Origin: a virus
Lineage: Duplodnaviria; Caudoviricetes
Direction: 5' to 3' (one strand)
Virus record (IMG/VR): IMGVR_UViG_3300044836_000012
Coordinates: 1 to 46,136 of that record
Length of the DNA stretch: 46,136 bases
A program made the position numbers and the translations under genes. Under the pieces are notes generated by a model. That model ran no database searches. It saw nothing but the letters and a program-made list of their open reading frames with translations, and was not told where the DNA came from. Positions 19,789-28,336 of the stretch are shown one piece after another (the stretch's first letter is position 1; the number at the start of each line of letters is the position of its first letter).

Positions 19789-20395
19789 ATATCAAATTCT
19801 CTGCGTTCTTAACAGCAACCTTAAAACCTTTACAATAATCGGTAAATAGCCTATATAAATCCGTGTCGCTGTTCCATTCGATGCAAAGGCACTTAGTATT
19901 AGCGAGGTCTATTTGTTGAAGTATCTCCCAATCCATACCCTCGGCATCAATACTTATAAAATCAAATGTAGGGTTATTGGTTTGCTTTAAAAGCTCTGCA
20001 TAGGTTATTAACCTTATTTTGGTTTCTTTAAACGGAACGCCCGATTTGCGCCATTTTAAGGTTTCGTTATAATCGGTTGTGCTGACTAAGCCCCTATCAC
20101 TTCCATTTTTTATATGCGCTCCGCTTTCATAGAAAGTAACAATATCGTTTTTTAAGCCGATACCAGTATTGATAGCACATACATTTACGCATCCATCTGG
20201 GTAAAGTTTGTTTAGCGATTGATATATTAACCCTGGTTCTAACAACACCCCATTCCATCCATTATCAATCAGTAGTTTAGAGTTGCTTAGGGTTACTCCG
20301 TCATTCGCACCAATCTCCAATAATCTGCCCTTAAACTTACCGAAGTAATTAAGAATGAATAAATCCTCTTTATTTTGTGAGTAAGTTTTTAACAT
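19778..20395 (-). CDS. FkbM-family SAM-dependent methyltransferase
   Basis: YSQNKED, LEIGANDG, SNS, LLEP and SIDAEGMD motifs. Confidence 0.9.
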   Translation of the reverse strand: MLKTYSQNKEDLFILNYFGKFKGRLLEIGANDGVTLSNSKLLIDNGWNGVLLEPGLIYQSLNKLYPDGCVNVCAINTGIGLKNDIVTFYESGAHIKNGSDRGLVSTTDYNETLKWRKSGVPFKETKIRLITYAELLKQTNNPTFDFISIDAEGMDWEILQQIDLANTKCLCIEWNSDTDLYRLFTDYCKGFKVAVKNAENLIFTR

Positions 20396-21057
20396 ATACC
20401 ATCGGCTAACAACAATGTTTTTTCTGAAATAGTCGGCTCATCCATCTTGCCGTATACCATGAATGTATTCCCGTCTTGAAGTTTTAAACCCATTTTATAA
20501 GCTATTATGCTTGCACAGGTTTGATCGTGCCGAGTAACTTCGTGAGAGCCATGAAACATACCATCTTGCATTGCTTGAAGCCAATCGTTCAAAAACTTTC
20601 TACCTATTTCAGTTTCTAAGTTAAGCCCCAACACTCCGCTTGATAGCATTCTGCCCTCGTTAGTACCGAAATAGTCACTTACATGCGCCGGGCACCATCT
20701 CTCATTCATCCACCCGCTATCCTGAAAGAAGTAACCATCCTGCTCAATTATATCAAATATAGGCTGTAAATCTTTAATAACCAACATTGAGGCATCAAGC
20801 CATAGTAAATGTTTATACCCTATGCGCATAGCATCAACAAAAGCAGCTGGCTTAAAGCCGTAGTTATTGTCACTATGCAGCGGTGCATTAACCTGCATCT
20901 CAGAAGTGTATAGGATGCAATCATACGACCCTTTAAGGCTATGAAACAGCCGTTGTTGCCCCTTGCGGTATTTCTCCGTACTTAAATTAATTACCGCCCT
21001 CATTGGGGTTTTGCCAATATGGGTTGCTTTTAGTTGAGGCTTCGGTTGTTTTCGCAT
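20389..21057 (-). CDS. GT-A fold nucleotide-diphospho-sugar transferase (start probably 21003)
   Basis: YGFKP, LLWLDAS and RHDQT motifs. Confidence 0.75.
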   Translation of the reverse strand: MRKQPKPQLKATHIGKTPMRAVINLSTEKYRKGQQRLFHSLKGSYDCILYTSEMQVNAPLHSDNNYGFKPAAFVDAMRIGYKHLLWLDASMLVIKDLQPIFDIIEQDGYFFQDSGWMNERWCPAHVSDYFGTNEGRMLSSGVLGLNLETEIGRKFLNDWLQAMQDGMFHGSHEVTRHDQTCASIIAYKMGLKLQDGNTFMVYGKMDEPTISEKTLLLADGIC

Positions 21058-21604
21058 TGAAATTATATTTAAATAATACTTTATCGATAAAATGTTCCGT
21101 TGTGGCTTCGGTTAGGCATTGTTCAATGAACACCCAATCTTCGCCGTAGTTAATTGCCGGGAATTGAAACTTCTTGAACTTGTTATGCCATGCACAATTC
21201 GGGAATGGCGGACGGTTGCAGTCGAGGTATTTACCATTAACTGTATTGTGTTCCACTTCGTTGCCTAATCGCTGCGTAACAATATAGGTTGATCCGTTCT
21301 CATTGCGGCATTTGGCCTTGAAATCAATTACATCAACGTCTAAAAACGTGGCTTCGTAAATCTCTTTTATATTAATCAACCAGTCATCGTCATGTATAAA
21401 CATAAAGTATTTGCCCCTGCAAGCGGATTTTAATAGGTTGTGCTTTTCTCCAATCGTACAAACCTTGTTATCTGTATACATTAGTACTTCCACCCGCTTC
21501 CTGCCTACCATCTTTAAGCAATGGTTGTATAACTTAATTGCCTTATCAAACCTGCTCGGGATTGAGGGTATAAGTATGGATAGCTGTATTACTTTTTCAT
21601 CCAT
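20987..21604 (-). CDS. Glycosyltransferase family 2
   Basis: LSILIPSIPSR, IGEKHN, FIHDDD, GEDW. Confidence 0.85.
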   Translation of the reverse strand: MDEKVIQLSILIPSIPSRFDKAIKLYNHCLKMVGRKRVEVLMYTDNKVCTIGEKHNLLKSACRGKYFMFIHDDDWLINIKEIYEATFLDVDVIDFKAKCRNENGSTYIVTQRLGNEVEHNTVNGKYLDCNRPPFPNCAWHNKFKKFQFPAINYGEDWVFIEQCLTEATTEHFIDKVLFKYNFNAKTTEASTKSNPYWQNPNEGGN

Positions 21605-22125
21605 CGGTAAAAGTATAAATTGCCCTTAATTATATTTTCGGTTTTTAATAGCGGCAATAACCTGATACTATATTCATAATCTTCTCCGTATGCTATTTCG
21701 GGGAACCCTGCTTGCAAAGCCAATTCACGCCGCACCGGGCTGATGTGATTAGGCGTTCGGTAATAAATCGAGTTGCGCTCATACCACTTACCATAATCTT
21801 TAGATATATGCCATTGCCGTTCATTGCGCCCGTTGGTGGTAATTGTTCCTGATACACCTATACAGTCACTTCCCATTGCGTTTAAGATGCTTGATATGTA
21901 TTTCGGCGAAACTAAATCATCGTCATCAATAAACACGATGTATTCGCCAATTGCACGCTGGAGTAGTTTGTTACGCTTTGCGCCGATGTTGTATTGCATA
22001 GAGGGGTCTGTGATTATCTCTACTTCATTGCCCGTATACTGTCTGCCTAATAATTGTATCAACCCCGCTAATTGTAAGCGGCGGGATGGCATTGTGGCTA
22101 TTAGGATGGATAGTTTTACCGCCAT
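21589..22125 (-). CDS. Glycosyltransferase family 2
   Basis: LSILIAT, IGAKRN, GEYIVFIDDDD, GEDY. Confidence 0.9.
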   Translation of the reverse strand: MAVKLSILIATMPSRRLQLAGLIQLLGRQYTGNEVEIITDPSMQYNIGAKRNKLLQRAIGEYIVFIDDDDLVSPKYISSILNAMGSDCIGVSGTITTNGRNERQWHISKDYGKWYERNSIYYRTPNHISPVRRELALQAGFPEIAYGEDYEYSIRLLPLLKTENIIKGNLYFYRWMKK

Positions 22126-22754
22126 TTTATATCAGTATAACTCATAACCGGATTATCAATACCAAAATTACTCTGCAATCTTTTATTAAATACATGCTCG
22201 CCTTGAGCCCACGTAGCATCATTTTTAATGTTAATAGCATCCTTTCGGGTACGCTTAGTTGAGTAATGATTGTGCATAAATATCATGTCTGATTTAATTA
22301 CCTTACCTAACATCATACCTGCCGCCGTCATATCCTGGTCGGCAAACATGTGGACGTAATCAGGATGATAAACATAACCAAACCTTTCATAATACACCCT
22401 ATCCATTATCGGCAATGTAATTAATGTTGGTTGTATGCCGTCATATGTTTTTACCAAAAAATCGCTTTTACCTTCCAATTCAGCGAGTAACAGCGTATCC
22501 CAATGGGCATGGCAATCGAAATCATCCGATATAACCACGAATAAGCCCTCCCGTGCCGACTTCGCTGCGTTATTGATAGCGTCTATTGCCGAACTGTTAT
22601 CGTGTCTTACACCGCCCATATACGCGCTATTATCTGATTTATCTAAACTTAGTATGTATTCGGGGTTGGTATCTGCTTTTGATAGCCAATTTTGCATCGT
22701 TTCATATGCTTGCTTTGGACGGCCCCGGCTGGGGTGAATAATGCTAATCGTCAT
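22116..22754 (-). CDS. Glycosyltransferase, GT2-like
   Basis: ISIIHPSRGRP, AINNAA, VISDD, YVHMFADQD. Confidence 0.8.
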   Translation of the reverse strand: MTISIIHPSRGRPKQAYETMQNWLSKADTNPEYILSLDKSDNSAYMGGVRHDNSSAIDAINNAAKSAREGLFVVISDDFDCHAHWDTLLLAELEGKSDFLVKTYDGIQPTLITLPIMDRVYYERFGYVYHPDYVHMFADQDMTAAGMMLGKVIKSDMIFMHNHYSTKRTRKDAINIKNDATWAQGEHVFNKRLQSNFGIDNPVMSYTDIKWR

Positions 22755-23007
22755 CTAACGGCTTGATTATTTCAATTTCGAGTTTGTTGTTAAGTTCGCC
22801 CTGTATGTCAGCGTTGATCTGGGTAGGGATTAGCTTACTGGCTAATTTGTAGAACTCTGTTGGTTCAGCAATAGCCCATACCTTTAACTTAGCTGTTGGA
22901 TGCTCCTGTATTTCTGCAAATACATCAGCAAACACCTCTTTAACTAACTTAGTAGTTTTGTTTGTTGCGCCCTCCGGCCTACCGCCTTCCCCCGGTTTAA
23001 ATGCCAT
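22744..23007 (-). CDS. terS: Terminase small subunit
   Basis: FKPGEGGRPEGATNKTT N-terminus and EFYKLASKLIP, typical of small TerS; first gene of the late operon. Confidence 0.7.
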   Translation of the reverse strand: MAFKPGEGGRPEGATNKTTKLVKEVFADVFAEIQEHPTAKLKVWAIAEPTEFYKLASKLIPTQINADIQGELNNKLEIEIIKPLDDD

Positions 23008-23031
23008 AACCTAAAATTACCTATTTATAGT

Positions 23032-23039
23032 CAAACCTA
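23032..23039 (-). promoter_or_regulatory. Bacteroidota-type -7 promoter box (TAGGTTTG) upstream of terS
   Basis: Matches TAnnTTTG, 24 nt upstream of the ATG. Confidence 0.5.
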
Positions 23040-23050
23040 CAAACTTTTAT

Positions 23051-23569
23051 TTACAAATGCAATTTATAAATTTGTTGAGGATGTGGTTTACCCAATAAAT
23101 AAGCCCTAAACAACTCTTTAGCTATCTCTAAATCATTACAAAAATAAGCACATGACCCTTTTTGCCAAAGTTTAACATGGCAAGCGTATTGATGTCTATA
23201 CGCTTTTTTAACATTTCCTGTTCGGGCTTCTAACCAATATTCACCGGGCTTTTTGAACTCAATATAAAGTCTATTAAACATTTTTCCGAACTCATGTTTA
23301 CCGTAAATTATAGGCTCTAGTAACTCAAAGTCAGGTATTCCATCCAAAGAATTATAAACCTGCATCAGATTGCCTAAAAAGTGGCTACGTTTCTTTTCTT
23401 TTTCGTGCCTGATGAATAGCAAATCGGGATGCTCTTTTTTGATCCACCTACAGAACTGTAAATGCAGGGTAGCCTCGTCATGTTTGCGCTGGTCCTTCTC
23501 CTTCGCTTGCTGATCCGTCATCACGCCCTGGTATTTTCGGGGGTTGCGGTAGCCGATAAATTCGTTCAT
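23051..23569 (-). CDS. VRR-NUC-like/PD-(D/E)XK nuclease (putative Holliday junction resolvase)
   Basis: EATLH, GIPDF, LYIEFK and Q-motif. Confidence 0.7.
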   Translation of the reverse strand: MNEFIGYRNPRKYQGVMTDQQAKEKDQRKHDEATLHLQFCRWIKKEHPDLLFIRHEKEKKRSHFLGNLMQVYNSLDGIPDFELLEPIIYGKHEFGKMFNRLYIEFKKPGEYWLEARTGNVKKAYRHQYACHVKLWQKGSCAYFCNDLEIAKELFRAYLLGKPHPQQIYKLHL

Positions 23570-24156
23570 AATGAAATTGTTAAAATATTATTATTAATTG
23601 TTGTTTTTAGTCCTAAATAATTTTTACATATCCTATGAACATAAATTATTTCTGAAAACTTGCTACGGGTTGGTATGTGTAAGCATAATGGCATTAAATC
23701 AACTGAAGTTATGGTAATGCTTTTATTAATCATTCTTGAATTAACGAAATCTATTATCTTACTTTTTTTAGATACTTTTTTATTTTTATTTCTAAATTTT
23801 GCACCCGCTTGTTTTTTTCTTAATTTAACTTCTTCAATACTATATATCGCTGTTTTTAATTTTAAACGTCCTTTTTTTATGGCATCCTGTACATTTTCTT
23901 TTTGTGTCCCCTTAAATAAATGAAAAGGATTTATACATTTTTTATTATCACATTTATGGCAGATAACACAATCAGAAGTATACGGATCAATGTCACCAAT
24001 CCATATTTGATAAGCTGCTCTATGTGCAAGTGTTGGATAACCTACGAAATGAAATTGCCCATAACCGCTTGTATTTAAACCTCGTTGCCATTCCCAACAC
24101 CCATTATTGGCTATTTTTATTTTTGAAAGAATACTTTTAATTACCGTTCTTTTCAT
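23566..24156 (-). CDS. HNH homing endonuclease
   Basis: CWEW, GYG, AHR, CHKCDNKKCINPFHL, GTQKENVQD. Confidence 0.9.
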   Translation of the reverse strand: MKRTVIKSILSKIKIANNGCWEWQRGLNTSGYGQFHFVGYPTLAHRAAYQIWIGDIDPYTSDCVICHKCDNKKCINPFHLFKGTQKENVQDAIKKGRLKLKTAIYSIEEVKLRKKQAGAKFRNKNKKVSKKSKIIDFVNSRMINKSITITSVDLMPLCLHIPTRSKFSEIIYVHRICKNYLGLKTTINNNILTISL

Positions 24157-24262
24157 TATTGAACAACAAACCCCATCAAAATATAACGGCCAGGTTACAT
24201 ATCAACAGGGTTGTTTTTAAGTTCTTAATCATACTGGCCTATGAATTTATTAGCTAATATAG

Positions 24263-24496
24263 TTAATCTTTTTTATAACGCAAAAGAATATCTGCCTTTG
24301 TTTCTTCATCGCAAATTTTATATAGGCAACGGTCGCGTTCAAGTGTCCTTTCCCAATACCAACTATTATCAACCGGCTTAGCCTTATACTTACCTTTCGC
24401 CTGCTTTATATCCGTTACATCCCCTTGCAAGTTGCGGGTGACTTTGATTTTACGTTGCATATTCAGCGAATTGATTTTTGTAACCCCTATAAACAT
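24263..24496 (-). CDS. Hypothetical protein (start probably 24460)
   Basis: ORF track. Confidence 0.5.
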   Translation of the reverse strand: MFIGVTKINSLNMQRKIKVTRNLQGDVTDIKQAKGKYKAKPVDNSWYWERTLERDRCLYKICDEETKADILLRYKKD

Positions 24497-25295
24497 TAAT
24501 GATAGGCTTCTCTAAATTTACATCACTTTCAGTCAATGATCTAAAATTTTGCTCAACCAATTGAATGCAAGTTTCCATATCAATACCTACAGCATTGCAA
24601 TAACCGGCTAACTTAACAAGGAAACAATGTTTTGATCCATCTACAAACAATTCCCGTTCCTGTGTTTTTTTAATGGCCCTGGCAAATTTTTGTTCGGTTG
24701 TAGTTTCATAGTTGTGATCTCTAATAATTCTAACCTCTTCCTGTTTATGAATGTAGGTAAATATTTCAGCATTATGATTAATGTAAGCATTATCATCATA
24801 ACTATAGCCACGCAGTGAAGCTACATTGCTTGGTGCATTATCCATTTTTAAATCATAGCTTTTAAATATGGTTTTTAATGCCTGTAAGTGTAGTTTGTGT
24901 TTTTCGGGATAAGCAACGGGCACCAACCCCCAAAAACCCAATGCGCTGGTTGAATAGCCACAATAAGCAACAAATGATAGTTTACCTATTTCAAGTATCA
25001 TATCTTCAAAATTATCAATATGCTCGTTTCCTTTGTAATCAATATCAAACTGGATTAATCCACTATGCTTAATTAGCCCCGCCTCATTGCGATAGGTAAA
25101 TGTACCACTTGGCGTAATGGCAGGTAACAAGGCCTTTTTTGCATCACGTTCTTTTTTATCATCCAATAAACGAATAAAATCAACCTCTTCTTTATATTTT
25201 CTACTACTCAGAAAAGTAAAAATATTTACATCTATTGGATAGGTATCTGTATAGCTTCTATAACAACTTACCTGACGATCTAATACTGATTTCAT
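24450..25295 (-). CDS. BT4734/VirE N-terminal domain primase-like protein with PriCT-like C-terminus
   Basis: KKALLPAITPSGTF, HSGLIQFDID, SYD motifs; C-terminal FVDGSKH...LAGYC. Confidence 0.75.
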   Translation of the reverse strand: MKSVLDRQVSCYRSYTDTYPIDVNIFTFLSSRKYKEEVDFIRLLDDKKERDAKKALLPAITPSGTFTYRNEAGLIKHSGLIQFDIDYKGNEHIDNFEDMILEIGKLSFVAYCGYSTSALGFWGLVPVAYPEKHKLHLQALKTIFKSYDLKMDNAPSNVASLRGYSYDDNAYINHNAEIFTYIHKQEEVRIIRDHNYETTTEQKFARAIKKTQERELFVDGSKHCFLVKLAGYCNAVGIDMETCIQLVEQNFRSLTESDVNLEKPIINVYRGYKNQFAEYAT

Positions 25296-25324
25296 ATAAT
25301 TAGTTAAGTTAAATTAATTCAACC

Positions 25325-25471
25325 GTGTTAACACATACCTATTACATATAGGTATGTGTGTTAACATAACATGGTAAATTTTAAAAAGTGTGTTAACATG
25401 GTAAATTTTTAAGTTCAAAAAAGTGTGTTAAAAATGTAAAAGTGTGTTAACATAGTAAAAAGTGTGTTAAC
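25325..25471. repeat. Putative replication origin: iterons (AAAAGT)GTGTTAAC plus a 12-bp hairpin
   Basis: Six copies of GTGTTAA(C); inverted repeat 25331-25342/25348-25359; lies between helicase and primase. Confidence 0.75.
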
Positions 25472-25518
25472 GGGTGCTTAACATAGTTTCTGACTTGGAA
25501 ACGATGTTTTTATACCAA

Positions 25519-26589
25519 TTACCGATTTAGTCTACGGTATATCAATCCCTCTTTTTTAATCCATAAATCATTTAAATAAAAGGTAATAAACTCTCTTGAT
25601 TTATTAAGACCAAATGTTACACCATACCGCATAAAATAATCTTTAACCTGATCTTGCAACTCTGAATATTTGTACTCATTTTTTAATTTAAACACAGCGT
25701 TTAAAACAAGTATATGTGTGTTTTTATCAACATCTACCGGCGATAATTGCTTTTTAACAGGTATTTTAACATCGCAATCAACAATTACTGGCATTCCGTA
25801 TTCATCAATTGTAAATAACCATTCTGAAAACTCGCGGTTGCGACAATATTCAGGCTTGACAATAATATTTTCTTTATTTTCAGTATCTTTTTGAATGGAT
25901 ATAACGCTCTCTGATTTATTAGTTAATTCAGTCCCTAAATGGCCCCTGGCATTCGTATCGTTTTTATTAGTATGTAGAACAACACATATATGACAATTAA
26001 TTTCCTCTGACCATTTTAGTAGCCTTGATGTTATCATACTGCTTTGCTCCTCATCATTAATAGATGTTATCAGATCGCGTATGCCATCCAATATTACAAG
26101 TCCTAAATTTTCAACATTATTTATAGCGTGTTCTACAATTTCTAATCTTTCGGCTGGCGAATATTTACGAAGATTTAAGGCAATAATATTAACAGCTTCA
26201 TCGCGATTAGCAAGTTTCAATATTCGTTTTAAAACACGTTGTTCATGATGCCGACTTTGCTCGGTATCTATATATAAAACTGTTTTTTTATCAGCCGGTA
26301 AATTAACCCTTATTTTATCCATTAACCATTCCCCCGTTTCTGCTGCTGCAATAACCATAGAGATAGCAAATGTTTTACCCTGCTTTGCCTTGCCTATAAA
26401 TAATGATATATTGCCTAATGTTCCAATCTCACTTAATAAATCCCCCTCTTTAATTTCAATACATATTGGCGGCGCATCAATATGTTCTGTTGCTGTTATA
26501 ATGGCTGAATTAAAACGCTCCTGTATTGGGGTAAGTCTAATTATAGTATCAGGAATAGGTAATTTTGGATCAATAGATATTAATGTCAT
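25519..26589 (-). CDS. AAA/RecA-fold replicative helicase-like ATPase
   Basis: Walker A GKAKQGKT, YIDTEQ, Walker B ILDG, LHTNK...ARGHLG. Confidence 0.8.
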   Translation of the reverse strand: MTLISIDPKLPIPDTIIRLTPIQERFNSAIITATEHIDAPPICIEIKEGDLLSEIGTLGNISLFIGKAKQGKTFAISMVIAAAETGEWLMDKIRVNLPADKKTVLYIDTEQSRHHEQRVLKRILKLANRDEAVNIIALNLRKYSPAERLEIVEHAINNVENLGLVILDGIRDLITSINDEEQSSMITSRLLKWSEEINCHICVVLHTNKNDTNARGHLGTELTNKSESVISIQKDTENKENIIVKPEYCRNREFSEWLFTIDEYGMPVIVDCDVKIPVKKQLSPVDVDKNTHILVLNAVFKLKNEYKYSELQDQVKDYFMRYGVTFGLNKSREFITFYLNDLWIKKEGLIYRRLNR

Positions 26590-26622
26590 TTATGTTTTTA
26601 TAAAAATTTATCGGTAAAAAAC

Positions 26623-26793
26623 CTAAACAGTTACTTTTTTAAGTAACTCATTAATTTTATTCCTAATATCTTCTGGCATTACAGCATTTCCGCTTAACAT
26701 CATGGTAAGGTGCGATGACCCTATACCTATTTTTTCAGCTATAAATACCTGTTTAAGCCCCGACTGCTTTATGCGCTCTTTGAGTTTTTCCAT
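26623..26793 (-). CDS. 56-aa Cro/XRE-like HTH regulator
   Basis: Hand translation MEKLKERIKQSGLKQVFIAEKIGIGSSHLTMMLSG... Confidence 0.75.
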   Translation of the reverse strand: MEKLKERIKQSGLKQVFIAEKIGIGSSHLTMMLSGNAVMPEDIRNKINELLKKVTV

Positions 26794-26796
26794 TTT

Positions 26797-27090
26797 TTAA
26801 ATATAACTAAATCTTTTGAAATTAACTTTAGACGGTCTGAATATAGATACTGGCCTATCCAAATAATGACTTTTGGTTTTTTCAATAGGTTCGTATACTT
26901 TAAGTTTGAACCGATCACAAAAATCGCAATACTCTTTATTGCAAGTATAACCTTTGTGTTGTTCAGATACTAAACTAAACAACAACCTATTCCTACCACC
27001 ATATTTTAATATAGCGGCTTCAATATCTGCTAACATTTGTAAGCCATGTGGTGTCCATTCGTAATTACCTGTATACATTTCTAAAGTCAC
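26797..27090 (-). CDS. Hypothetical protein with H/C cluster (possible Zn binding)
   Basis: HKGYTCNKEYCDFC. Confidence 0.5.
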   Translation of the reverse strand: MTLEMYTGNYEWTPHGLQMLADIEAAILKYGGRNRLLFSLVSEQHKGYTCNKEYCDFCDRFKLKVYEPIEKTKSHYLDRPVSIFRPSKVNFKRFSYI

Positions 27091-27116
27091 TTTCTAAATG
27101 CAATGATATAAAGTAT

Positions 27117-27986
27117 TTAATCAACATCTTCCACATAATCTTCTTCGCTATCAGCCGTCCAACTATCAGAAAAATCTTTATTAGTAAATAGGGATGCAAG
27201 GCCGGTAATTTGTTTCATTCGCAAAAGTTCATCGATACTCATACCTATGTGTTTACATATCCAAGTATCTCCTTTGCCCATTTCTACTAATTCAGAAACA
27301 ATTTTTGACATTAATTCTATGTTATGTGAACCGCGAGCACGGTTGTGTAGTATTGTTGAGGCCATCCTGTTAGATTGATCTACCTGGCTGTTTCTTATGG
27401 TTGATAGTGGTATATAACCTAATGTACTTTCTGATATATCGGGCCTTGTACGTTCAATTTGTCGCCTGTGAAATCCATCGACAATTTTAAAGTTATCCTT
27501 ATCCTTAAACGAAACTATCGGCATTGTATAGCCATCATTTGAAATGCTTTCGTACAACATTTGAAATTCAGGAGGGGCTACTGCGTTTGGGTTATATTCG
27601 TTAACCTCTACCATATCCGATTTTTCCCAACGTACAAAATCAACCGGATGGTGTTTAAGTGGAGATACCACGTGTAGGGCTGATCTTGAATTATTAAGAG
27701 CCTCTATTTTTTGTTCGGATGTTTCAAGCTTGGATATTTTATCAGCCAATAATTCAGTTAATTTTTCAATACTTAAACTATTCATTTCTATGTTTTTTAA
27801 AATTGAGTAATATTTAGATTTTTTCTTTGGTATGATTCCAGTCATATCATTATTTAAAATCGCAATGGCTATTTTTTTATATGACGGTACTTTATCGTTT
27901 AATTCATTTGGGGCTTCGTCTGGTATATCTTCTGTATAACATCTCGATCGCCATGTTTTAATATATTTATGTATCTGCTTTTCCAT
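27117..27986 (-). CDS. ibrB: IbrB-like ParB/Srx-fold protein with an extra N-terminal domain
   Basis: HPVDFVRW, NEYNPNAVAPPE, DGYTMPIV, IVDGFHR, RMASTILHNRARGSH, GMSIDELLRMKQ. Confidence 0.85.
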   Translation of the reverse strand: MEKQIHKYIKTWRSRCYTEDIPDEAPNELNDKVPSYKKIAIAILNNDMTGIIPKKKSKYYSILKNIEMNSLSIEKLTELLADKISKLETSEQKIEALNNSRSALHVVSPLKHHPVDFVRWEKSDMVEVNEYNPNAVAPPEFQMLYESISNDGYTMPIVSFKDKDNFKIVDGFHRRQIERTRPDISESTLGYIPLSTIRNSQVDQSNRMASTILHNRARGSHNIELMSKIVSELVEMGKGDTWICKHIGMSIDELLRMKQITGLASLFTNKDFSDSWTADSEEDYVEDVD

Positions 27987-28336
27987 TTGTCTATTGTTTC
28001 CTGTGCCACTGTATCAGCTAAATAACGCTGCCCGTCGGTTAATCCCCGCCACGCTAATCTGGTAATATGTTCCGGGCAATTAATGGCATACGAAGCGGCG
28101 CAATGGCCTAAAAAAGCACGTTTATTTATTGATGGATTTGTCAATGAATTTAGCATGGTATTGGGCCATTTGTCAATTACTGTTTTCATAGCTTCACCAT
28201 AAACAATATGATTGCCAGTAAATTCAATAGCCCTATTAATATCAAATTCAGTTTTATGCCACATTCCATTTAGCAAGTCTTCCCATAGCCAATACGGTAC
28301 ATATACCTGTTTAATTGTAGATACCATTTTTATCAT
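27899..28336 (-). CDS. Conserved hypothetical protein of the IbrAB neighbourhood
   Basis: YWLWED...LTNPSINKRAFLGH...CPEHITRLAW; overlaps both neighbours. Confidence 0.65.
   Translation of the reverse strand: MIKMVSTIKQVYVPYWLWEDLLNGMWHKTEFDINRAIEFTGNHIVYGEAMKTVIDKWPNTMLNSLTNPSINKRAFLGHCAASYAINCPEHITRLAWRGLTDGQRYLADTVAQETIDKWKSRYINILKHGDRDVIQKIYQTKPQMN

Noticed and set aside
25325-25471. Iterons as a mini-CRISPR array
   Set aside because: Repeats are only 8-14 nt and the spacers are short and irregular; position fits an origin
27117-27986. ParB as a plasmid partition system
   Set aside because: Motifs match IbrB-type ParB/Srx proteins linked to IbrA; no ParA or parS array nearby
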